From Leucoraja erinacea (Eukaryota): a stretch of 64,000 bases of DNA. The DNA is taken from the NCBI RefSeq assembly GCF_028641065.1, contig NC_073391.1:5146001-5210000 (forward strand), given 5' to 3'. The stretch's first letter is position 1. Every line of letters starts with the position of its first letter. Both the position numbers and the translations under genes were made by a program. The notes under the pieces are model-generated. The model made no database searches and was not told the DNA's origin. It saw only the letters and a program-made list of their open reading frames with translations. Shown here piece after piece: positions 26,301-38,300 of the stretch.

Positions 26301-29300
26301 CATTTATAAGCCATAGTCATAGAGTGGTAATGCGTGGGGAAAGGCCCTTCGGCCCAACTTGCCCACACCAGTGAAAATCAAAGTTGCACCGTGCAGATGC
26401 AATCAGGATACAAACAGAATAAGAAAAGATATTATTCTGAAGAAGGGTCTCAACCCGAAATGCCACCCATCTTCTCTCCAGAGATGCTGCTTGACCCGTT
26501 GAGTTACTCCAGCATTTGTGTCTACCTTCGATTTTACCAGTATCTGCAGTTCTTTCTTACTATACTAAGAAATATATAAATGCTTATCCAGAGTGGCATT
26601 TGAATGAAGTCAAATTTGCATTTTTGGCAAGTGAACTGTCTTGGACAATTAGACACAGTAGCAGATTAAACGCTAGCATTCAAAGAGGAATTGGATAAGT
26701 ATCTAAGAGGAAAGAATATGCTGGGCCAGAGGGACTAGCGGGATTGTCCTTACAAGGAGTTGGAAAGGACTCAATGGGCCAAACGGCCACGATCAAAAAT
26801 GCAACTGCTCTGTGATCTGTGTACATTGCTGAGGCTAGTCACCATTCAGAGCCGTCTGTGCCTTACTAGAGGCCCGTCAGCTGTGGAGATTCAACACATT
26901 CAATCCTACACATGCTGAGAAATTAAATGCAGACAGATGATCTGTCCAAACATTTTGGTAGCTTTAAGAATCTAAACGTAACAAGCTGTTGATTCATCTA
27001 TGATATTAATTTACAGTTTTTCTCCCCACAGACACTACCTAATGTGTTGGAATTGTCTTTTTAGTTTCAGGTTTGATAACCAGCATGTCGGTCTCTAAAT
27101 GTCCCCATTAACCCATTGCCCCTGAATCACCACATCAACTCTAACCTTATTGTATCAAAGAGATTCCCTTAATCCCTCCCCAACCCTTTCTGCAATGTAA
27201 AAATAACTACATTTTCCCCCACCTTGTTGGTCCTGATGAAGGGCCTTTGACCTGGAATGTTCACTTTGTTTTGCTTTCCGCAGATGCTGCCTGAGCTACT
27301 GAGTGATTCCAGCATATCTTGTTTTCATTTCAGTTTCTGAGCACCTCATAGAGTCATACAGCATGGAAACAGGCCCTTCAGCCCAACTTGCCCAGGCTGA
27401 CCAAGGTGCCCCATCTACACTATTGCCACCTGCCAGCATTTGGCCCATCCCTCTAAAACATTCCTAACCATGTACCTGTCCAAATGTCTTTTAAATGTTG
27501 TTATAGTACCTGGCCCATTCCCTCTGTGTGAAAAAGTTACCCAGCAGGCAATATTAAATCTTTCCCATCACAACTTAAGCCTAAGGTACACAAAAAAGCT
27601 GGAGAAACTCAGCGGGTGCAGCAGCATCTATGGAGCGAAGGAAATAGGCAACGTTTCGGCTCGAAACATTGCCTATTTCCTTCGCTCCATAGATGCTGCT
27701 GCACCCGCTGAGTTTCTCCAGCTTTTTTGTGTACCTTTGATTCTCCAGCATCTGCAGTTCCTTCTTAAACACAACTTAAGCCTATATCTCCTGGTTCTTG
27801 ATTCCTCTAGTCTGGGTAAAAGACTCTGTGAATTCATTCTATCTATTCCTCTCATGATTTCATACAACTCCATAAGGTCAGCCTCCTGCAATCCAAGGAA
27901 TAAAGTCCTAGCCTGCCCAACTTCTCCCTGCAGCTCAGGCCCTCGTGTTTGTGGCAACATCCTTGCGAATCTTCTCGGTACTCCTTTGCATTGTTGTTTA
28001 ATGTGCTTGGTGCAGGGAAACATGACTAGAATTCCTCCTTTGCAAATCACCAAGCACAGGCCCTTTGATCTCCACTGATACTCCTGACTCTCACTCGCCT
28101 TCTCCTTCTGGAGAAGCCAAGCACTATTGAGGCCACCACCTGTTGAAAAAGTCCAACCCTCTTTCTGTGATGTTGACCTTACCTCATCATCTTCCTTCCA
28201 TCCCCGGGGCTGTGGTGGCGTCTTCCGCTTATTTGGAACCGGAGACGGCTTTGAGCCAGGGACCACAGGCCGGCTTGCTGCTTGATTGTCTATGGGAATA
28301 ATGTGGAGGATTAACTTTAGATTCGGGCAGAGTTACCAACCCAGCACTGATATCTTGCATCGCTTTCAGGGCAAGGCCAGCAGCATAATCAAGGACAAGT
28401 CACACCCTGGCCACTCTTCTCCCCTCTCCCATCAGGCAAAAGGTGTAGAAGTGTGAAAACGCACACCTCCAGATTCAGGGACAGTTTCCTCCCAGCTGTT
28501 ATCAGGCAACTGAATCATCCTACCACAACCAGAGAGCGGTCCTGAACTACTATCTACCTCATTTGTGACCCTCGGACTATCATTGATCGGACTTTGCTGG
28601 CATTACACTGCACTAAACATTATTCACCTTATCATGTATATATACACACTATAAATGACTGGATAGCACACAACAAAAGCTTTTCACTGTACCTCGGTAC
28701 TGCCACTGAACAGGGGGGAACTTATAGATTTCATAATATTTCAGATGTTAGAAATGACTGAAGGGATTCCGTATTTGGGTCAGTTCAGAGATAGGCCCTT
28801 CAGCCGACCGGGTACATGACAACCATTATTGATCCATTCACACTAGTTTAGTTTAGTTTAGTTTGGAGATACAGCGCGGAAACAGGCCCTTCAGCCCACC
28901 AAATCCAGACTGACCAGTGATCCCCGCACACTAACACTATCCTACACACACTAGGGACAATTTACACTTATACCAAGCCAATTATCCTACAAACCTGTAC
29001 GTCTTTGGAGTGTGGGAGGAAACTGAAAATCTCGGAGAAAACCCATGCGGTCCGTACAGACAGCACCCGTGGTCGGGATCGAACCCGGGTCTCCGGCGCT
29101 GCAAGTGCTGTAAGGCAGCAACTCTACCACTGCGCCACATTCCAAGTTATTCCACTTTTGTATCAATTCCCCTTACACCAGGGGCAATTACAGAGGTTAA
29201 TTAACCTACGAACATGGAAATCTTTCAGATGTGAGGGGAAACCGGAGTACCCGGAGAAAACCCACGCGGTCACAGGGAGAATGTGCAACTCCACACAGAC

Positions 29301-32300
29301 AGCATCCGATATTAGGGTCGAACCCGGGTCTTTGGCATTATGGCATCGTGTCACTGTGCCGCCCAAGTCACAGAGAGATACAGTGCAGAAACAGGTCCTT
29401 CGACCCACCTAGTCAACACACTTACACTAATCTTACATTAATACCACATTTTCAATAGGTCCCTTTCAATTCCACCAGTCAGCTACACGAAAGGACCAAT
29501 TTACCCACCAGTCAGTTAACCCACCAACTTGCACGCCTCTGGAATTAGAGAAGGAACCTGAGAACAGGGAGGGAGGTCATGAAGTTATGGGGAGAAAGTG
29601 CAAAGTTCACAGGCAGCACCTGAGGTCAAGGTTGAACCTGGATTGGTGGTGCAGCGACACAGCAGGTCTACAGGCCGCACCCCTCTGCTGCCCTGGAGAT
29701 ATCTTCATGCAAAGCTTGTGCTGAATGTGATAAGAATTTAATCGGAAACTCGATCAATGGGACTTTGACCTGAATTGTGCACTTTTGTTCTATGTTCCCT
29801 CAGGTGTTTAACAGAATGATGCATGGAGACACCTGGATATTGCAAGCACTATCTAACAGCAAGGGCCGGTGACTGCACACCAACCCCATAATATTAATTC
29901 AGGTGCCAGGAGGCAAGCCATCACAACAAAAATCAAACCTCCTTTGGTGAAACTTAATAAAACTTACTTGAACTGACCAGAGTTTGTTCTTGAACTGACA
30001 GCTCTTTGTGTAAAATAAAATCTACCACTTGGTCCAAACATTAGATCGGGATTGCCACCCCTCCCAAAACTCTACTTCAAATCCTTCATCATCTGACTGA
30101 CCCTGACCATACCCCCCCCCCCCCCCCACCCTAAACCTTGTCTCCCACTCCACTCCTCCGCAACAAAATTATCCTCAACCCAGCTATAATCAGGCAACTG
30201 AACCATGCTATCAGACACTAGAGAGCAGTCCTTAGCAACTATCTACCTCATTTGGAGACCCTCGGACTATCTTTGATCTGACTTTACTGTTCTTTATATT
30301 GCACTAAACGTCATTCACAATATTCCCTTTATCATGTATCTGTACATCTTGGATAGTTCCATTACAATCATGTATTATCTTTTTCTGCCGACTGGTTAGC
30401 GAACACCACACGTTTTTCACTGTACTCAATAAGGCCAACTTCTATACTCAAGACTCTGACTGATGTCGGCCAAAAGCCTTTTTAACGAACCTATCTACCT
30501 GTGATTCCACCTTCAAGGAACTTTGTAGCACTTTTCACAATCAAGTCAATTCAGTCAGGACCTGTGAACGTTTCTCCCCATGCATCACTAACTCTGGAAC
30601 GGAGTTTGAGATGGTCAGCAGAAGACCAGTTGTGTTGCCCATGGCACCTTGAGACATGTGCACGATATAATTTTTCTGCAGCAGATACCCCCACAGTGTG
30701 CGTTGGGCCAAGCAGTTAACACACCTTTCCTGGCACCGGTGAATACCCAGCCACTTCTTATATTAAAAAGCAAAGAACAGAACTGATTGGCAATCTCGAG
30801 CAAGGGAGCAAGATACATAGTTTCTTTTCTAAGATGCATGATACAAGTATAAACAGAAATCAAATTACAGCTGAGATGGAAAGAATCTCAGCGGTTCATA
30901 GCCAAGGGAAAGTAATCAATACGTGATTGATCTAAAGATTGCATTTCTGAACGTGCTCACTTTGTAAATACTTTGTGCTTACTAAAGGGCCTGTCCCATT
31001 TAGGCGAGTTTTTGGGCGACTACAGGTGACTGCCGCAAAATTTTCAACATTTTGAAATTTTTTCGGCGACAGTGGCAACAATTTATGCTGTCGTAGGTTG
31101 TCGTAGGAGCTGATGTTGGTTGTCGCCAGTTGATGTAGGTGAATTTCATTCAAATTAGTCCCTGGCAGTTGCCTAAAGAGTCGCCTAAGTGGGACAGTCC
31201 CATAACTTTCAACCATACAAATTCTTGTAACTGTACATTCACAAAAGGTGAAAAACCGAATGGAATTGAAAACATATGAATCATAGAATACCTGCATATT
31301 CACTTTTAAAACCTTGAAAAATGTTTGGAATCATTTTCTTGGGATTTTCACTCGGAGGTGGCTCATAGTTTTCATCACCTTCCCCGTCTTCACGTGGATC
31401 TTCATAAGTGTCAGAGTCTTCAGAATGTCCATCTGGGTTTTCATAATCACAATTATCCTGAATACAAGCAGAAGACTGGCTCTGGATTACAGTTATTTGA
31501 TTTAATACGCTATGTCAATTTGCACAGCATTTGATTTTGAATCAGACTAAAAGAAAATATCCACTCCAAAAGTCCAATCACACTATTATCAAGTGTTAAT
31601 ATTTCATTAGCTGGTACAGCGTTTATTTTCATTTTAAATTGTATCAAGTAATTTTATGGTTAATGTATCATTTTCATCAGCGGAGATTGATGCCAAGAAT
31701 GATTCACGCTGGCAGCAGGGCAAGCAGAGACATACACTTTAGAGGGGTTTGTGCGCATGTTATTCCAAATAAGCTCCAAACTACATAGACTTGAGGGCAT
31801 TGGATTTGTTTTTTTTGCACTATTTGCAAATTTGTGTGTCTGTGTGTATATGTGCGTATATGTATATATACGCACACATAACCTTTTTTTATGCTCTGAA
31901 CTACATAGACTTGGGGTGTATTGGTTTTGCCTTTTTGCACTAATNNNNNNNNNNNNNNNNNNNNNNNNNNNNNNNNNNNNNNNNNNNNNNNNNNNNNNNN
32001 NNNNNNNNNNNNNNNNNNNNNNNNNNNNNNNNNNNNNNNNNNNNNNNNNNNNNNNNNNNNNNNNNNNNNNNNNNNNNNNNNNNNNNNNNNNNNNNNNNNN
32101 NNNNNNNNNNNNNNNNNNNNNNNNNNNNNNNNNNNNNNNNNNNNNNNNNNNNNNNNNNNNNNNNNNNNNNNNNNNNNNNNNNNNNNNNNNNNNNNNNNNN
32201 NNNNNNNNNNNNNNNNNNNNNNNNNNNNNNNNNNNNNNNNNNNNNNNNNNNNNNNNNNNNNNNNNNNNNNNNNNNNNNNNNNNNNNNNNNNNNNNNNNNN

Positions 32301-35300
32301 ACTTTATTTTTGTTTACAGTGTACTATGTTTACATATTCTGTTGTGCTGTTACAAGTAAGAATTTCATTGTTCTATCTGGGACAATAAAATATTCTTGAC
32401 TCTCGAGTGAGCATGTGCTTATGCCTTTGGTTCACATTACTTTATGGATGATTATTGGGGGAGGAGATTTATCTGTGCATGCACTCTCTGCCCCTCTATC
32501 TTGCTCACAGCCCCGGTGTGGAAGGATACTTCACCCAGTGGCTAACATCTTTTAAAATGTGATAAAATGGGATCCATATTTCTTGGATTTCACCTTCCTT
32601 AGTTAAAACACTCTTTGATGTTGGTATAGGTAATTTACAAGTTACAGTTTTCCCAGCCTCAGTATTCAGTGGGTTGAACAAGTTTTCCTTCACAAACCTG
32701 TAATTTTGAGTTAATTTTGAACACATTTATTCTCATTCATCCAGGCAAGCTGCTGATGTGTTTTGGTACTAAGGACATTTCAGGACTCTCTCTATTAGAA
32801 GTGCTTTCTGGCCAGTTGGCCCATTTCTACACAAATGACTAATGCAGTTTCCACATAAGTGGGTGGTTAGGGTTAGCCAGTTGATCCATATTTTCCATAA
32901 AGGAAAACCTAATAAACCTAATAACAGAGACAATGGAAATACAATCATGTTTCTCTGTGATGCTACATCAATGCAATTCTAAGCTTTAGTTTTAGTTTAG
33001 CTTAGAGATACAGCGCGGAAACTGACCCTTCGGCCTTCGGTCCATCGGGTCTGCGCCGACCAGCGATTCCCGCACATTAACACTATCCTACACCCACTCA
33101 GGGCAACTTACAGTTATACCAAGCCAATTAACATACAAACCTTCACGTCTTTGGAGTGTGGGAGGAAACCGGATGATCCCGGGGGAAACCCACGCAGCTC
33201 ACAAGGAGAACATAAACTTTGTGCAGACAGCACCCGTAGTCAGGATCAAAACCGGGTCTCTGGCGCTGCAAGGCAGCAACTCTACCGCTGCGCCAACATG
33301 CCGTGTCAAACTAATTTGACACTTTATATTAAAATTTACATTAAATGTGTAATGTGATTTGTCATGCAGTTTGCGGTTGGTGCAGATGTAATGAGTTGTT
33401 TACATAACACATTTCGTATGAATGTCTGAATTAAATTTCTTGTGCAGTTTTGATTAATTGAATAAGGAACATGTTCATTGTGTCTCGGTAACATGTTGTC
33501 AACTAATTTCCATCTTTCTTTAAATCTCCTCCCTTTGCTTTCAATCCCCATATGAAACAAAAGGCCAGATTTTACTTTCCAAGTACCAGGATTGTAACTA
33601 ACACTCTCTGTTAGTTATGCTTAAAAGGTACAACTGCAGGGGAGAGACAGATATGCTGAAAATCTTGTTGGATTATTTACATTTTAAAATAATTTGAATT
33701 TAACACTTTTTATTTATATTGAAGTACTATAGAAAATAGAGAAATGGATAAAATGAGGAAGACTTTTTAAAGTTTAGCTACAAATCATTGTAATTGTTAT
33801 GTAGAAACAAGGAACTGCGGATGCTGGTTTACAAAAAAGGACACCAGGTGTTGGAGTAACTCAGCAGGTCAGGCAGCATCTCTGGAGAATATGATTAGGT
33901 GGTGTTTTGGAATCGGGTTATTTTTGCATGTCTCTTTCCTCTTGCTCTCTCTCATAATGTAATCTTCCCTTCTTTTTATTTATCTTTCTGCATATGATAA
34001 TGTGCACAGTCTGAAGAAGGGTCTTGACCCGAAATGTCACCTATTCCTTTTCTCCAGAGATGTGATCTGATCCGCTGAACTACTCCAGCTTTTTGTATCT
34101 ATCTGGGATTATATTGAATTCACTTTCCGCTTAGTCCTGGTGATGTTTACTTGGTAACATGTTTGTACTTCTGGTGGCGCTGGTGCCAGCAGCCTCCACC
34201 TACAGCCCGGTATCTTTTTGTTTTTTTGTTTATTTAGTTATGTAAAAGTGTGTTTTTTTGTGTTTTTTTGGTGTTTTTATGTGGGGGAGGAGGGCACGGT
34301 GCGGGGGATACCGTCCTTCAGCCGCTTCCTGGTGAGGACGCGACTATTATTCGAGTCGCGTCCTCCCCCCCCCCCCCCCCCCCACACAGCGGCCTACCTA
34401 CCTGGATTGGCGCGGCCTTTCCTGCCGGGATCGACCGGAGCTCCAGCAGCGGCGGGACAGCGCTGGAACATCGCGGGGCTGGTGATGCCTTACCGGGGGT
34501 CGCCGTTTGGAGCCCGGAGTGCTGGACCTGCTGCACCAACATCACGGAGCTGCGGTTTGCAGAGCTCCCAACGCGGGCGGCGCTGACTAATCAACGCGGG
34601 GTCCTGTGACTCTGCCCGGCTCGACCTGCGGACTCGGGAGCTGCAGACTCCGGCAGCGGGAGGCGGCTGATCAGGAGGTCCGGGCCGCTGAGGAGGAGGC
34701 TGCTCACCGTTGGGGTTCGGCGTCGGCATTCCACCAGCCCGGCGTGAGGGCCTGAACATCGGGCCACCCGGGGCGGCGACTGCGGGTGCTTGGAAGGCCC
34801 CGTCCACGGATGAACACGGAGGGGAGGCTGGCTGGACTATGGTGCCGTCCTCACCTGGGTGCCATTTATGTTATGTTGTGTCGTGGACTTCTGTATTTGT
34901 GCTTTTTTAAAAAATTTTAATTTAATTTCAATTTTATTTTTAATATGTTTTATTATTTATTTATTATTTATTTTTATAATTTCTTTGTGATTTTTTTTTA
35001 ATGATACTGCCTGTATGGAAAATTCATTTCGTTGTCTCAAATTGAGACAATGACAATAAATTGAATACAATACAATGTTTACGGAGATGCACAGATGTTT
35101 TCCCTGTTCTGGTTGTGTAGTTTCCTGCACTGTGATGTTATACGCTTACACGTTTTAGCAAGTTACAACAGAGAAAACGATAAAAAGAATAGATGTAAGT
35201 GCTAATTTATCCAATGACAGATACTAATAGTTATCCAGCTGCAGTGATTAATGGATTTTTGTGGAACTTTTCTACAGCCCTGCTGAACTTTTGAATCATA

Positions 35301-38300
35301 GCCTTTATATTCCCAATTTCGTGCTCATATCTGCCAGTTTGGCTGTAAATTACATCCACTTCGGAGCAAGCAATATGAGAGGGAGAATTTATCAACTTTT
35401 AAGAATGATATCTATTGTACACCATAAAGAAATATTGTTTTTACCCTCCTACATATTATTTTTTGTATTGTTGCTGGGTCAGAATCGATGAAGTCGCCAT
35501 CTCGCACAAAAATGGGAAAACAAGTGGTTCAAAGGGATGACGGACCATCACTTTCTCAGGCCAACCACACAGCAACAATGGTCTAGTCCACTAATAACAC
35601 TCAAAGGAAATTTAAAAGCGCTATCAGCAAGATGTGCTGTAGAATATTAGTTACTTTTCTTTAAAAAGATAGGGCTTAGAAATTTGTGTAAGAAAGAACC
35701 TTCTTCTGAATTTGTAGTCTGAATTTGTAGTCGGCAGGGCAGTACTCTGCATATCGCCAACTTGGATGTGTTGTGCACACTGTTAATGCCCCCCTAAAAC
35801 TGTCAAGCAAAGGTGATTTGACTGTATTGTTGTCTAGTTTATACCATTCCCTTAAGGTTCTTACAAAGAATGAGTTCTTATCAATATCTGTCTTGGCGAA
35901 TGGGGTTTCTATTTGCATATCATTTCTCTTTCTTGTTCTCCTTCCTGTTGAGTATGTTATGTATCTATCTGTAGTTATGTCCACGATCCCCTTTTGAATC
36001 TTGTACAAGATGGCTAGTCTGTTTCTTGCCCTTCATGTTTCCAGCGATTCCCACTCCAGGTCAGACAGCATATGGGTGACACTGCTACCTCTACTGTAGT
36101 TCCCGATGCAAAAGCGTGCTGCTTTCCTCTGTGTACCCGTTCTGGTTTGTTGATATGACCAGTTTTGTATAGGTCCCAGGCGCATGAAGAATATTCCAGT
36201 AAGGGTCTAACCAATGTTGTATATGCTGTAGTTTTCACTTCCTTTGGGCAGAACCAGAGGAAAGAACTGCAGATGCTGGTTTAAATTGAAGGCAGACACA
36301 AAATGCTGGAATAACTCAGCGGGTGAGGCAGCATCTCTGGAGAGAAGGAATGGGTGCCGTTTCGGGTCGAGACCCTTCTTCAGACTTAGAAATTCCTTAG
36401 CTTCTTAAAAATGTTGTTGATTTAGCCATTTTTCAGGGGAGCTGCCTTAGCAAGAATCTACAGATAATGAGGCCCAAGGTGTTGCATTCTAAAGATCAGT
36501 GTTGCACTTTGTGCATTAAAATGCTTCTCCTTCTGGAGTGTGCAAACTAAATTAGAGTTTGGGAGGGGAGTTGTGCAGTTGGTGGGGTAAGGAAGATCAG
36601 GATATGTTGTCACAGAAGGCTGTGGAGACCAAGTCAGTGGATATTCTTAAGGCAGAGATAGACAAATTATTGATTAAAACGGGTGTCAAAGGTTATGGGG
36701 AAAATGACAGATTGACACAAAAAGCTGGAGTACCTCCACGCATTGTTAATGTTTCAGATACACAGAGGGTGAGGTAGGGAGACTTGGTATATCTCAAAGA
36801 GGATAAGCAATTTGCCTTAAAAAGTGCATTTTTATTGCAATTGTATTGCATGCTGCATACGAATGTTGCTCAACATTTGCTAAAAAAACCCAAATTATTC
36901 TATAGCCAAGTTTACATGCCCCTTGAAATCAAAGTTTTATGGGAGTCACCCTGAAATTATGCACATAAGGTCATAAGGTCATGTGATATGAGCAGAATTA
37001 GGCCATTCGGCCCATCAAGTCTACTCCGGCATTCAATCAAAGCTGATCTATCTCTCCCTCCTAAACCCATTCTCCTGCCTTCTCCCCATAGCCTCTGACA
37101 CCTGTACTAATCAAGAATTTATCTATCTATGCCTTAAAAATATCCACTGACATGGCCTCCACAGCCTTCTGTGGCAAAGAATTCCATAGATTCACCACCC
37201 ACTGTCTAAATAAATTTCCCCTCATCTCCTTCCTAAATGAACGTCCTTTGATTCTGAGGCTATGACTTCTAGTCCTAAGCTCTCCCACTAGTGGAAACAT
37301 CCTCTCCACATCCACTCTATCCAAACTTCACTATTCTGTATGTTTTAATGAGAACACCCCTCATTCTTCTAAACTCCAGCGAGTACAGGCCCAGTACCTA
37401 CAAACGCTCATCATAGGTTAACCTACTCATTCCTGAGATCATTTTTGTAAACCTCCTCTGGACCCTCTACAGAGCCAGCACATCCTTCCTTAGATATGGT
37501 GTCCAAAATTGCTCACGATATTCCAAATGGGGCCTTACCAGCACCTTATAGAGCCTCAGCATTACATCCCTGTTTTTGTATACAAGCCCTCTTGAAATAA
37601 ATGCTAGAAAATATATTTTCTTTGATGATTATTATTTGATTTCAACAGCAAAGTGTGAATATCTCAAAATGTCTAATTTCTTATCAGCAAAATCTATGAA
37701 TATTTTCAAAATAACAACATGTTTAATGTACAAGGTGGGTCAGTGCAATTTATAGGTAACAAATTCATAATTTTCATTGGATTGAAAATATTCCTTCCGA
37801 AGACTACAACGGACACCTTTTCCCCAAAGCATGGAACACAATGTTCCACAGCTTCTCATTGATTCTGAAGGCCATTGGGTTTCCATGACGGAGCAGTAAA
37901 AAACAAATGAGCTTTGGTTAATCATGCATTGGGAGCTTACTCTGGCCAAAATGTGACTGATTATATCAAGTGTGCAATGTGAACAGGGACACCAGCAATT
38001 TATTATTAGTGAAAATTGCTTTGTTATATGCAAATTACTGGCTGCAGTTATGTTGAATAAAGGTGTCACCCGTGTGGAAATTTACAGTGCAGGATGACAA
38101 TCTTAATGAGGCAGATCCGATGGGTTCTGTACTTGGCATACATATTTAGTCCTGTGTCAGTTGTACGTTAATACCAGCCTACACGATCTCCCTGTTACCA
38201 AACACTTTAACTCCCCTTCCCATTCCCACACTGACCTCTCTGTCCTGGGTCCTCTCCATTGTCAGAGTGAGGCTAATCACAAATTGGAGGAACAGCACCT

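Noticed and set aside
28040-28140. Extra exon after acceptor tttttcaacag near 28140
   Set aside because: It would need an intron of about 43 nt, and the peptide has no BLNK similarity.
31751-32388. ORFs spanning N runs (also 38762-39226)
   Set aside because: Artefacts of assembly gaps; gap-flanking sequence such as 39059-39300 looks low quality.
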